DNA from: Phycisphaerae bacterium
Lineage (GTDB): Bacteria; Planctomycetota; Phycisphaerae; Sedimentisphaerales; Anaerobacaceae
Direction of reading: 5' to 3'
Assembly: GCA_028714255.1 (NCBI GenBank)
Contig: JAQTMR010000007.1
Location: 52,341-116,340, forward strand
DNA length: 64,000 nt
The notes beneath the pieces were generated by a model. That model was not told the DNA's origin. It worked only from the letters and a program-made list of their open reading frames with translations, and made no database searches. Each line of letters opens with the position of its first letter. Position 1 is the stretch's first letter. Below are positions 44,088-53,772 of the stretch, in pieces. Both the position numbers and the translations under genes were made by a program.

Positions 44088-46157
44088 TTAAGATTGTTGT
44101 TCCTCGCTGTCGCCTATTTCGTCGGGGGACTGTGGTCCGTCAAATTTGCTTGTTGTCGCTATTGCACGGTAGAAGCACCATCCCAAGCCGCCCACTATAA
44201 TCAGAAATACAACAGCAAGGATTATATACGAGACGCCGGTTAGCTCGTGATTGGCAGGTGTTTTTATTTCGTGGATTTCCGCCTTGCCGGTCAGGTCAAA
44301 CAGAATTGCCGCGATAAACATACTTACGTTCATTGTTGCGATTACTCCGGCCCATCTTGCCGGCCAGGATGCCTGAGTGGTTGAAGTATTATATTTTTCG
44401 AGGATGTAACTACTCAAGACTATTGTGATGGCCCCGCCGATGGGCAATATCCAAAGTATGGTGTTTTTTATCGAAGGCGAGATGTCAATGTTAAGCGATA
44501 TTATATACTGCACTGTCGGAACCAGAGCTGAGGTAAGCGCTACCAGTCCACCAAATCGGGCTTTTGTCTCCAAATCCTGTTCTTTGTGCGGCAACACGAT
44601 ATTGCCCCTGCGGTCTTTGAGTAAGCTGAGAACAATTGCGATTACGGGAGCAAGTACCAGGACGGCTACGCCGATGCAGTTCTCTGGAATCCACCGGCCC
44701 TGCGGAGTTCTCAAAAAGCCGGTTTCATTATTCATATCCTCGAAGAGCTGCCAGAAGAAAAGTATGCCCAGCAGTATTGGAATTACCAGGCGAATCATAT
44801 AGTCCCACCATTTGCCTACTTTCCAGTCGCTTCGTGAGTTTGCATGTCGCCTCAATGTTCCGATTCGCCACAGCCATCCGAGAACTATACACTCGAGCAT
44901 ACCCAGCAGTGTGATGCCCCTGGTTCCATTGACAAATCCATCTATCGCTCCGAGCCAGTTCAGGCCGCCTTTAGTAATATAGATTAGCCCAAAGGCAAAT
45001 CCTATTATACTCATCACGGGCAGGACGATATTTCTATGCCATCCTGTTTTGTCAACGATACTTGCCAGAACTGATTCAGTGATTGAAAATGCCGAGTCAA
45101 TTCCGAGCGTAATAAGGGCGAAGAAAAAGACGAAGCTGAAGTACGCCGAATAAGGCAGTTGTGCCAGCGCATAAGGAAATGCCACAAACGCAAGTGATGG
45201 GCCTCCCTCTGCCACGTTTTCGACTGGGACAGGGTTACCCGCCTGCTGGGTAACAAAAGCCATTCCTCCGAGCGTTGCGAAGACGGCGAGGCCCGCTATA
45301 AAGCTTGTTGCGAAATCGGCCAAACTTATTATCAAGGCGTTGTTGTTTATATCACTTTTTCTATGAAGGAAACTGGCGTATGTAATCATAACGCCGAAGG
45401 CAAGGCTTAATGAAAAGAACACCTGCCCGAATGCGTAACGCCAGGTAACAGGTTTGGCAAGCTCCGACCACACGGGGTCAAGATAATAAGCCAGTCCCTG
45501 CATACTGCCCTGAAGTGTCAGTCCTCGTACGGTCAGAATGAGCAGCATCAGCCATGGCAGAGGGACGGTTAGCCAGACAATCTTGCCAACGAGCCTTACG
45601 CCCTTGAAGATGCAAAGGTACATCGACAACCAGGCAACGACCAGCGGCAAGACGATATTCCATCGAATACCGCCTAACCTCATTCCCTCATGGTACCCAA
45701 GGTATGTTTGGAAGAAAAAGTTCTTTGCGTTTGCAACACCTTCCAAGCCTTCGCCGGCCCAGGGCAGTTTGCCGCCGTTGAACATCCCGGTTATGCTGTA
45801 GGCCAAGAAACTAAAGCAGTACGCCAGAACAACCGGATAGTAGGTGACTATCACAAACCCCAGAATAATGCCCCACCAACCCACGACTTCAAAACCTTTG
45901 TGTACGCCCTTAAAGGCGTCGGGTGCCGCCCGCTGCGAATAATGGCCCAGACTGAATTCAAGAATCATCAGTGGAATGCCAACCAAAAGCAGGGCGACTA
46001 TATATGGAATTAAAAATGCCCCGCCGCCGTAGCTGTAAAGTTTATACGGGAATCCCCACAAATTACCCAGGCCTACCGCAGACCCAACCGCAGCAAGAAT
46101 AAAACCGCCCCGGCTCCCCCAGCTTTCCCTTTGTTCTTCCAAAAGCTCAAGACTCAC
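44088..46157 (-). CDS. Sodium-dependent transporter of the NSS/SNF family with a ~200-aa extra C-terminal membrane region
   Basis: The N-terminal signature RESWGSRGGFILAAVGSAVGLGNLWGFPYK is diagnostic. The protein is 689 aa, with about five additional hydrophobic helices after the canonical core. Confidence 0.85.
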   Translation of the reverse strand: MSLELLEEQRESWGSRGGFILAAVGSAVGLGNLWGFPYKLYSYGGGAFLIPYIVALLLVGIPLMILEFSLGHYSQRAAPDAFKGVHKGFEVVGWWGIILGFVIVTYYPVVLAYCFSFLAYSITGMFNGGKLPWAGEGLEGVANAKNFFFQTYLGYHEGMRLGGIRWNIVLPLVVAWLSMYLCIFKGVRLVGKIVWLTVPLPWLMLLILTVRGLTLQGSMQGLAYYLDPVWSELAKPVTWRYAFGQVFFSLSLAFGVMITYASFLHRKSDINNNALIISLADFATSFIAGLAVFATLGGMAFVTQQAGNPVPVENVAEGGPSLAFVAFPYALAQLPYSAYFSFVFFFALITLGIDSAFSITESVLASIVDKTGWHRNIVLPVMSIIGFAFGLIYITKGGLNWLGAIDGFVNGTRGITLLGMLECIVLGWLWRIGTLRRHANSRSDWKVGKWWDYMIRLVIPILLGILFFWQLFEDMNNETGFLRTPQGRWIPENCIGVAVLVLAPVIAIVLSLLKDRRGNIVLPHKEQDLETKARFGGLVALTSALVPTVQYIISLNIDISPSIKNTILWILPIGGAITIVLSSYILEKYNTSTTQASWPARWAGVIATMNVSMFIAAILFDLTGKAEIHEIKTPANHELTGVSYIILAVVFLIIVGGLGWCFYRAIATTSKFDGPQSPDEIGDSEEQQS

Positions 46158-46190
46158 GGTTTATTTTCCTGCAGTGTGGTAATTGAGCGG

Positions 46191-46976
46191 CTATTTTTTT
46201 ATTCCGAGTACCGTCAGCGTATCGCGCTCGATGATGTTTTGAATGTCACCTCGTGGGACCGTCGGCAGATTCGTGTCGGCCAGAAGCTTATTGAAGCTGA
46301 GCAGTGTTTCTATGCATTCTTTAGCTTTACCGAACGGGAAGCCGCTGCCGAACAGCAGTTTATCCATTACACCGGATTCGTGTGCCGCTATCACCATATT
46401 GTAAATCTGCCAGACATTGCCGGGTTTTATTGTCAAGTCGGCATAGACATTTTTATGTTTGGCCACCATCGACAATGTTTGTTCGATGAAAGGTGCCCCC
46501 ATCGTCCCGATGACAATTTTCAAATTGCTGAATTCTCTGGCAACTTCATCCAAAAGATATGGCTGAGCATAGTTCAAAACGGCCTCAGGCCCCAAGGCAC
46601 CGGCGTTATGAAAGAAAACGGGCAGGCCGAGTTCCTGTGCCGATTCGTAAAACCTCATCGCCCGGCTGTGAGCCGGGTGAAAGCCGCACCGAGAACAGTA
46701 CAGAACCGTGCCCTTAAGCCCCATTTTCTCTGTTGAAGCAGCGAGATTTTTAACGCTTGTTTTATCTTTGGTGGGGTCTATAACCGCAAAGCCAATCATC
46801 TTTTCTTTATGTTTGCCGATATACTCAGATAACTTCTTGTTGATTTCCTGGCTCGGGTCTTCCGGCGCAGCCAATACTATGCAAATATCTACGGTCTCCG
46901 CTGCCGAGGTCAGATGCTCAGAGGCTTCGACATTTTCCGCAGCACAATTTATATGCGTGTGGCAATCAACTATCAT
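46191..46976 (-). CDS. Amidohydrolase-2 / TIM-barrel metal-dependent hydrolase
   Basis: N-terminal metal motif MIVDCHTHI and later segments LPVFFHNAG and GSGFPF. Confidence 0.7.
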   Translation of the reverse strand: MIVDCHTHINCAAENVEASEHLTSAAETVDICIVLAAPEDPSQEINKKLSEYIGKHKEKMIGFAVIDPTKDKTSVKNLAASTEKMGLKGTVLYCSRCGFHPAHSRAMRFYESAQELGLPVFFHNAGALGPEAVLNYAQPYLLDEVAREFSNLKIVIGTMGAPFIEQTLSMVAKHKNVYADLTIKPGNVWQIYNMVIAAHESGVMDKLLFGSGFPFGKAKECIETLLSFNKLLADTNLPTVPRGDIQNIIERDTLTVLGIKK

Positions 46977-47178
46977 ATACCGGCACCTTTAATACATTGA
47001 GTAATAACCAATTAGCAATAATCGATTATATCGGCTTCGTCAAGTGCAAATATTTCCTCTTTATTTTGTATGCCGAAAAAAAGCCGCTGCATACGGGTTT
47101 TCCTTGACCTGAAAGTGCGGCAAATGTAACATACTGCGGTTGTTTGGGTCTTTTATTACAGGCAGACGGAGAATTCCT

Positions 47179-47565
47179 GTGGAATGTCCGGTTTGTAAAA
47201 ACGCGATGATAGTTCTTGAGCTTGCCGAAGTCGAAATTGATTATTGCACCGACTGCGGCGGTATCTGGCTCGATGCCGGCGAATTGGAACTTCTGCTCGG
47301 TGATTCGCAGCAGGCCAAACAATTGCTCAACTGCCTTAAAATTCATTCCAATTATACTGAGAAACGCAGGAAGTGTCCTATATGCCTGAAAAAGATGCAA
47401 AAAGCGGTCGTCGGTACGTCCACACCGCCTCTGCTGATAGACAAATGCGGCAGAGGTGACGGCCTATGGTTTGACCGGGGTGAATTGCAGGATATATTGG
47501 ACAGGGCAGAATTGGATAAGGACAGTAAAATTCAAAAGTTATTAGCTGATATTTTCCCCGGCTAA
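47179..47565 (+). CDS. Double Zn-ribbon protein (TFIIB-type zinc-ribbon family)
   Basis: Two copies of CPxC...C-x2-CGG/RGDG-LW-D-GEL: VECPVCKNAM...YCTDCGGIWLDAGELELL and RKCPICLKKM...IDKCGRGDGLWFDRGELQDIL. The GTG at 47179 has GGAG 8 nt upstream; the ORF-track TTG is at 47140. Confidence 0.65.
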   Translation: MECPVCKNAMIVLELAEVEIDYCTDCGGIWLDAGELELLLGDSQQAKQLLNCLKIHSNYTEKRRKCPICLKKMQKAVVGTSTPPLLIDKCGRGDGLWFDRGELQDILDRAELDKDSKIQKLLADIFPG

Positions 47566-47612
47566 TTTTCATTTTTTTTATTTACCTTTTAGGCAAATTG
47601 GAAGGCTTAAGG

Positions 47613-48737
47613 ATGAAAACCAAGTATATTTCAATTCTGTCAGTTGTCGCAGCACTGTTTGTGCTTGGTTTTAACGAACTTACTACCTGTGGAGGCAAAG
47701 AAATGGGCATTGAAAAACAAGCATTCGGCAAGACTAAAGAGGGCAGGGACGTTGATTTATATACCCTGACCAACGCCAACGGCTTAGAGGCCAAAATAAT
47801 GACTTACGGCGGTATCGTAACGTCTCTTCGTGTGCCTGACCGGGACGGGAAATTCGCCGATATCGTTTTGGGCTGTGACAGTCTTGACGAATATCTAAAG
47901 GGTACTCCCTACTTCGGTGCGATAGTCGGCAGATACGCAAACCGTATCGCCAAGGGCAAGTTTACCCTCGATGACGTCGAGTACACGCTGGCGGTAAATA
48001 TGAGTCCGAATCATATTCACGGCGGTGTGAAAGGATTCAGTATGGCGGTTTGGGATGCTGAACCAATGCAAACTGACGAAGGCCCCGCTTTGAAATTAAC
48101 CTATTTGAGCAAAGACGGCGAAGAGGGCTATCCCGGCAATCTTTCCTGCACGGTTATTTACAGTCTGACAAACAATGATGAGTTGAAAGTCAGCTACGAG
48201 GCCCAAACCGACAAAACCACGGTCATTAATCTTACACATCATGGTTATTTTAATCTCGCAGGCCATAACGCTGGTGACATTCTCGGCCATGAGCTGCAGA
48301 TATTCTCTGACAATTATACTCCCGTTGGTGGTGACCAGATACCGACTGGCGAAATAAAGCCCGTGAAAGATACGCCGATGGATTTCACCAGGCCGATGGC
48401 TATTGGCTCGCGCATAGGTCAGGTTCCGCCCGGCTATGACTATAATTACGTTCTTAACAGTTCCGACGGCTCGCTGGCGCTTTCGGCTTCGGTTTATGAG
48501 CCGAAGAGCGGCCGGGTTATGGAAATTTTCACCACGGAGCCGGGCCTTCAGTTCTATTCCGGAAACTATTTGGATATTAAGGGAAAAGAAGGCGCCTTCT
48601 ATGCCAAGCACGCTGCCCTTTGTCTCGAAGCGGAGCATTACCCTGATTCGCCCAACCAGCCCAATTTTCCGTCGACGGTTTTAAAGCCGGGCGAAAAATA
48701 CAAACAACTAACCGTGCACAAGTTTTCTGCACGATAA
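47613..48737 (+). CDS. galM: Aldose 1-epimerase (galactose mutarotase), exported or lipoprotein-like
   Basis: Segments VGRYANRIAKGKFTLDDVEYTLAVNMSPNHIHGG, THHGYFNL and CLEAEHYPDSPN. Signal peptide with LTTCGG. Confidence 0.85.
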   Translation: MKTKYISILSVVAALFVLGFNELTTCGGKEMGIEKQAFGKTKEGRDVDLYTLTNANGLEAKIMTYGGIVTSLRVPDRDGKFADIVLGCDSLDEYLKGTPYFGAIVGRYANRIAKGKFTLDDVEYTLAVNMSPNHIHGGVKGFSMAVWDAEPMQTDEGPALKLTYLSKDGEEGYPGNLSCTVIYSLTNNDELKVSYEAQTDKTTVINLTHHGYFNLAGHNAGDILGHELQIFSDNYTPVGGDQIPTGEIKPVKDTPMDFTRPMAIGSRIGQVPPGYDYNYVLNSSDGSLALSASVYEPKSGRVMEIFTTEPGLQFYSGNYLDIKGKEGAFYAKHAALCLEAEHYPDSPNQPNFPSTVLKPGEKYKQLTVHKFSAR

Positions 48738-48793
48738 CTAATTGTCGTTTTTGTGGAAATAAGTTTGTGGTTTTTTGCTAAAGGAGAAAAGTT

Positions 48794-49351
48794 ATGACCG
48801 CACTAATTATTGTTGCCGCTATTCTTGTTATGCTTGTTTTTTCTGTAATCGGCGTTTACAACGTCTTGGTTCGGCTTCGCAATCAGGTCAATAACGCCTG
48901 GTCGCAGATTGATGTCCAGTTGAAGCGGCGCCACGATTTGATTCCCAATCTTGTTGAAACCGCCAAGGGCTATATGCAGCATGAGCGCGGCACCTTCGAA
49001 GCCATAACCGATGCCAGAAGCCGGGCTATGGGGGCTGGAACCATTCCGGAAGCCTCGAAGGCTGAAGGCGCACTCGGCGAAGCCCTGAGCAAATTTATGC
49101 TCGTCGTCGAGAATTATCCCGACCTCAAGGCCAATCAGAACTTCCTCGCCCTGCAGGAAGAGCTTAGCAGTACCGAAAACAGAATCTCCTTTGCACGTCA
49201 GAGCTATAATGACCAGGTCCTGTTCTTTAACAACAAGATTCAGATGTTCCCCTCCAACATCGTCGCGAATATGTTCAATTTCAGCAAACGGGATTTCTTC
49301 GAGCTTGAAAACGCTGCTGAGAGAGAAGCTCCCAAGGTAAGCTTTAATTGA
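48794..49351 (+). CDS. lemA: LemA family membrane protein
   Basis: 185 aa. N-terminal TM followed by YNVLVRLRNQVNNAWSQIDVQLKRRHDLIPNLVETAKGY...ENYPDLKAN. Confidence 0.85.
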   Translation: MTALIIVAAILVMLVFSVIGVYNVLVRLRNQVNNAWSQIDVQLKRRHDLIPNLVETAKGYMQHERGTFEAITDARSRAMGAGTIPEASKAEGALGEALSKFMLVVENYPDLKANQNFLALQEELSSTENRISFARQSYNDQVLFFNNKIQMFPSNIVANMFNFSKRDFFELENAAEREAPKVSFN

Positions 49352-49380
49352 AATTAAAAACTCGGAAGTAGAAAGTAACA

Positions 49381-50607
49381 ATGTGGGAACTGATTAGGGC
49401 TAATAAGAGAAATTCCATCGTTTTGATGGTGCTGATGGCGGGTACTTTACTGCTGCTGGGCTATTTTCTCGGCATTGCTTTCGCCGGTCCACAGGCAGGT
49501 TACATCGGCTTGATAATTGCTACGGTAATTTGGCTGGTATTGGCAATGACCAGCTTCATGGGCGGCGACCAGATTCTTCTGGCCGCAAGCAAAGCCAAAC
49601 GTGTTACCCACGATGAGTATCCCCAGTTATTCAACATAGTTGAGGAGATGAAAATAGCTTCGGGTCTGCCGATGCCCAGGATTTATATTATCCCCGACCC
49701 CGCCCCCAATGCCTTCGCTACGGGCAGAAGTCCGCAATCTGCCTCGGTAGCGGTTACCGCGGGACTATTGGGCAGGCTTAACCGTGATGAGCTTCAAGGT
49801 GTCATCGCACACGAAATAAGCCATATCCTCCACCGTGATATTCTTTACGTTACACTTGCCGGGATAATGCTCGGCTCGATTGTGTTAATATCACAGGTGT
49901 TTCTGCGAAGTATGTTTTACAGCTCGATGGGTTCGAGGCGCCGGTATTCATCGGGCGGCAAAGGCGGGGGACAGGGTGCCATTATTATGTTGGTTGTCGC
50001 GATAGTTGCCGCTATTCTCGCCCCTATAATGGCACAACTGCTTTATTTTGCGTTATCGAGAAGGCGCGAATATCTTGCTGACGCCGGTGCTGCCAGGCTG
50101 ACTCGTTACCCTGAAGGGCTTGCCAGTGCCCTTGAAAAAATTGCCGGCGACACATCCCCGCAGTTAGCTGCCGTCAATAAAGTTACCGCTCCGATGTACA
50201 TCGTTAATCCCTTTAAGAAAGCCAAGGCCAGAAAGTTGTCCGACCTGACCAGCACGCACCCTCCGATTTCTGAAAGGATAAAAATTCTGCGCAGTATGAG
50301 CAGCGGCGCATCCTTCAAAGATTATTCAGATTCTTACAGCCGGATAACGCACCACAAAACAATCGTTCCTGCCGCTGAGCTTACTGCGGAAGCTGTTGCG
50401 CTTCGTCAAGCCGGTGCCGAAGCTAAAAAGCAGCAGCGCCGCGGGACCCAGATGCGTCAGGTCGGCGATATTATGCGGCAGATTAACCATTTCGTATTTC
50501 TGACTTGTTTGTGCGGCCTGAAGTTGAAAATCCCGCCGAACTACAAAGCCGACAAAATTAAATGCCCAAGATGCAAAAGGGTTCTCGATTTGCCTAAAAG
50601 CGGTTAA
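49381..50607 (+). CDS. M48 (HtpX-like) membrane Zn-metalloprotease with a C-terminal Zn-ribbon
   Basis: HEISHI (HExxH), downstream REYLADAGA, and 4 TM helices. Tail: CLCGLKLKIPPNYKADKIKCPRCKRVLDLP. Confidence 0.85.
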   Translation: MWELIRANKRNSIVLMVLMAGTLLLLGYFLGIAFAGPQAGYIGLIIATVIWLVLAMTSFMGGDQILLAASKAKRVTHDEYPQLFNIVEEMKIASGLPMPRIYIIPDPAPNAFATGRSPQSASVAVTAGLLGRLNRDELQGVIAHEISHILHRDILYVTLAGIMLGSIVLISQVFLRSMFYSSMGSRRRYSSGGKGGGQGAIIMLVVAIVAAILAPIMAQLLYFALSRRREYLADAGAARLTRYPEGLASALEKIAGDTSPQLAAVNKVTAPMYIVNPFKKAKARKLSDLTSTHPPISERIKILRSMSSGASFKDYSDSYSRITHHKTIVPAAELTAEAVALRQAGAEAKKQQRRGTQMRQVGDIMRQINHFVFLTCLCGLKLKIPPNYKADKIKCPRCKRVLDLPKSG

Positions 50608-50641
50608 TTTTAATCTTTCTTGCGCTTTTATATCTTCTGTA

Positions 50642-51664
50642 TTATTTTCTCGGAGCTTCCACCCATCTCAGACATTTCGGACACCGGCCGGTTTTGCCGG
50701 CATCTCTTTTGTGAATTTTGATTCTATGTCCGCACTCGCATTTGAAGCGGATAAAATCGTCCTCAGGTTTTTCTACCCCGGCAGCCGTCCCTTCCAGCTC
50801 GGTTTTTTCCTTATCGACGGCCTCCGGAGGTTTCTCGTCTGTATCTGAATCTTTTTTCTCTTTTTTTTCGTCTTCTTTTGTCTGGTCTTCTTTTTTTACT
50901 TTCGACAGCATTTGCAAGAGCGACTTTTCGTCTCTTTCCATTACCAGCCATTTTCTCTTCAGCATCAGCACCGCCAATCCGGCCCCTGCCCCGGTGCACA
51001 AGAGATGCGCACAATACGTTACGCTTTGGCCGCCCAGCCCCATTTCCAATATATCAAAAATAAACCAGAACAAAACAATCCAACAACCTGAAATACCAAG
51101 CGCCACCGGACGCGGCACAAAAAAGAAACAGTTTATCGAGTTCTCCGGAAAAAGCACAATATACATCCCCACGATACCGCTTATTGCCCCGGCTGCCCCC
51201 ATTGCTGTCTTATCAGCGAGCAGCAGGTGAAAGGCCCCAGCCAGCAAACCGAACCCAAGATAAACTGGTAAATAAAGTTTATTGCCTATTTTTGCGCAGA
51301 CAGCATTACCAAAAGGCCACAGAAAAATCAAATTACCGATTACCCGAACGATACCTTTTAAAATGCCCCCGTGCAGCCAAATATACGTGAATAATCCTAT
51401 CCCCCATCCGTTTAAAACAAACCGGGCTATCGGTTCCGGAACTATCTGCTTTTCATCTGCCTGCTCCCCAGTTGTATTCTCTTCAACTGTTGGTCTGATT
51501 ACTTCTTCTATTGATGTGTCGGCAGTCCTTTTGGGTTTTTCAGTCGCTACCTTTTCGGAAATTATCACCTGAATGACAAATACCGACACTATCCCCACTA
51601 ATATCAGCCAGTTCACCACCGGCCGATGGTCAAACGGAGCGTCTACCTCATAAGGTATAAACAT
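50642..51664 (-). CDS. Rhomboid-family intramembrane protease with an acidic/Lys-rich linker and a C-terminal Zn-ribbon
   Basis: Polytopic core with WLHGG...GNLIFLWPFG, GAAGAISGIVGMY (GxSG-type Ser region) and CAHLLCTGAGAG (His helix). Tail: FKCECGHRIKIHKRDAGKTGRCPKCLRWVEAP. Confidence 0.75.
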   Translation of the reverse strand: MFIPYEVDAPFDHRPVVNWLILVGIVSVFVIQVIISEKVATEKPKRTADTSIEEVIRPTVEENTTGEQADEKQIVPEPIARFVLNGWGIGLFTYIWLHGGILKGIVRVIGNLIFLWPFGNAVCAKIGNKLYLPVYLGFGLLAGAFHLLLADKTAMGAAGAISGIVGMYIVLFPENSINCFFFVPRPVALGISGCWIVLFWFIFDILEMGLGGQSVTYCAHLLCTGAGAGLAVLMLKRKWLVMERDEKSLLQMLSKVKKEDQTKEDEKKEKKDSDTDEKPPEAVDKEKTELEGTAAGVEKPEDDFIRFKCECGHRIKIHKRDAGKTGRCPKCLRWVEAPRK

Positions 51665-51748
51665 GCCTAAGTCTCCTCTTGAAGAGAATTACTTTGGCTG
51701 CTCCAAATTTGCTCACAGTTGTAACCGCAGAAATAAGGTGTAAGCGGG

Positions 51749-52414
51749 TTATCTCATGACCCAGCTTTTACCTTCATAAACCAGTTTGGTTTTGGGCCTG
51801 AAGGCCGGGTCACCGCCCAGTTTATAGCTTAATTCAAGGGTTTTTCTTAGATAAATTTTGACGGGCTCACCTGCCTGGTCTTTCTCTGTTGGATGGTCAA
51901 TCGCAACTGTTTCGTTGCTTAAACCAGCTATGAATACTTTTATGTCCGTGGCTTGCACGTCGAAGTCAGGCCAGATAACGGCTATATCTTTCGTGTTATC
52001 TTCGCCTTGAAGTATTTTATTGCCGGCGTTTTCCAGAGATTCAAGCAGGGGGTATTTGTTTCGATGGCGCTTCTTTATCCGCTCAAAAACTGCTGCCGGC
52101 AGAGCTTTACCTGCAGGGGTGATTTCATAAGTGTCAGTCATCAGCTCGCACTTCGGGTAGAAATCGACATCGTGATTCGTCTTGTTGGTAAGCGTTATAA
52201 TCATGTACCAGTATAGTGTTGGTTTCTTCTCGGTACTTGTCCGCAGTGCGATTTGCTGTGGGTGCTCGAATTGGACATCTACCGTCCACTCGTCCGGTCC
52301 CTGCACGATAGCCGGTTCTGGCGCCGTGGCGAAACTAAGCTTGTCGAGGTTCAAGGTTACACAGGCCGTTACTGCTAAGATGACGGATATACTATAAATA
52401 AAATTTTTCATCAT
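51749..52414 (-). CDS. Hypothetical secreted protein
   Basis: 221 aa. Signal peptide MMKNFIYSISVILAVTACVTL. No recognisable motifs. Divergent from pilT. Confidence 0.5.
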   Translation of the reverse strand: MMKNFIYSISVILAVTACVTLNLDKLSFATAPEPAIVQGPDEWTVDVQFEHPQQIALRTSTEKKPTLYWYMIITLTNKTNHDVDFYPKCELMTDTYEITPAGKALPAAVFERIKKRHRNKYPLLESLENAGNKILQGEDNTKDIAVIWPDFDVQATDIKVFIAGLSNETVAIDHPTEKDQAGEPVKIYLRKTLELSYKLGGDPAFRPKTKLVYEGKSWVMR

Positions 52415-52565
52415 AAGTCTCTCGCTAACTGATAATTACCCATTTCTAACCATCATTTTACACTAAAGCTGCTCTACAACCAAGAATATTTTCTTTCTTT
52501 TCCTGACTTGTGGTGTCCGGCGATATTTCAGCCTTAAAAATCAATATATTATTCGTATGCCAAGA

Positions 52566-52593
52566 TTGACAATTTCCATAAAGTCATTATAAT
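52566..52593 (+). promoter_or_regulatory. Consensus sigma-70 promoter upstream of pilT
   Basis: TTGACA (52566-52571), 16-nt spacer, TATAAT (52588-52593), about 45 nt upstream of the pilT ATG. Confidence 0.6.
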
Positions 52594-52637
52594 ATACTTA
52601 TATAAGAGTTTATTTTTACAGGTCTTAGAATAAAAAT

Positions 52638-53738
52638 ATGCATCCGAATGAACCGGCTTTAAACAAGTTTTTCAGGGCTGCCATCAAAACTCAGGCCAGC
52701 GACCTGCACCTAAAGGTTGGTCAGCCGCCGAAATTGCGCATTCGAGGAGAACTGAAAGACACCACCGGCGAAGCAATAACGGCTGAGGAAATGAAGCAGA
52801 TGGTCTTCGAGATACTTAGCCCTGACCATAAAAAATCTTTCCTCGAGAGCGGCACCGTTGACTTTGCCCACGAAATTGGTGCCGAGGACCGATTCCGAAT
52901 AAATGTGTTTCGCCAGCGAAATGTAATTAGTCTTGCGGCAAGGCGTGTGAACACCGAAATCCCGCCCTTTGAAAAGCTGCATCTGCCTAAGGTACTGGAG
53001 AAAATATGCAATAACACGCAGGGAATGGTTCTTGCGGTAGGTCCTACGGGCTGCGGCAAAACCACAACAATTATATCGATGATGGACTACATCAACCGCA
53101 ACCGCTCCTGCCATATAGTTACAATCGAAGACCCAATCGAATATTTGCTTAAAGACAAAAAAGCAATCATATCACAAAGAGAAATCGGCATTGACGTAGA
53201 AGATTTTGACCAGGCCTTGAAATATCTGATGCGTCAGGACCCTGATGTGGTTTACATCGCCGAGATACGCGATTACAAGGGCGTAACAGCCGCGATGAGG
53301 GCTGCGGAGACCGGTCATCTTGTTTTCGCAACAATGCACTCGGCAAGTGCATCTCACGCCGTCCAGCGACTCCTGGACTTGTTCCCGCAGAACGAAAGGG
53401 AACTGGCCAGACAAACCTTAAGCTTGACAATCAGGGCCATTATTAGTCAGATACTGTTGCCGAGCATCAAGGAAGGCGTGGATAGAATTCCCGCTTTTGA
53501 GATTCTTATTTCGAACCCTTCAGTCAGAAAACTTATTTCCGAAGGGCGCGAGACCGATTTGCCAAACGTTATACGAAACTCTCGGGAAGATGGGATGCTG
53601 GACTTTACAGATAGTCTTACTGAACTGATAATGAATGGAAGCATTGAGCCGAGGGAAGCATATAAGTACGTACCGAACGTAGAAGAATTAAAGATGGCAC
53701 TAAAAGGAATCAGGGCGGACTCAACTGGTATCCTGTGA
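52638..53738 (+). CDS. pilT: Type IV pilus retraction ATPase PilT family
   Basis: Segment ASDLHLKVGQPPKLRIRGEL. Walker A GPTGCGKTTT, IVTIEDPIEY, Asp box RQDPDVVYIAEIRD, Walker B/His box TGHLVFATMHSASA. Confidence 0.9.
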   Translation: MHPNEPALNKFFRAAIKTQASDLHLKVGQPPKLRIRGELKDTTGEAITAEEMKQMVFEILSPDHKKSFLESGTVDFAHEIGAEDRFRINVFRQRNVISLAARRVNTEIPPFEKLHLPKVLEKICNNTQGMVLAVGPTGCGKTTTIISMMDYINRNRSCHIVTIEDPIEYLLKDKKAIISQREIGIDVEDFDQALKYLMRQDPDVVYIAEIRDYKGVTAAMRAAETGHLVFATMHSASASHAVQRLLDLFPQNERELARQTLSLTIRAIISQILLPSIKEGVDRIPAFEILISNPSVRKLISEGRETDLPNVIRNSREDGMLDFTDSLTELIMNGSIEPREAYKYVPNVEELKMALKGIRADSTGIL

Positions 53739-53772
53739 GTTTAATTATGCAATTTTATAAACGGAGTGTTTT

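Noticed and set aside
50642-51664. The rhomboid as a catalytically dead pseudoprotease, because GAAGAI replaces the common GASGAI
   Set aside because: Shifting the alignment by four residues gives AISGIVGMY, which fits the GxSGxxxx Ser helix. The His helix (CAHLLCTGAGAG) is intact. Inactivity cannot be claimed from the sequence alone.
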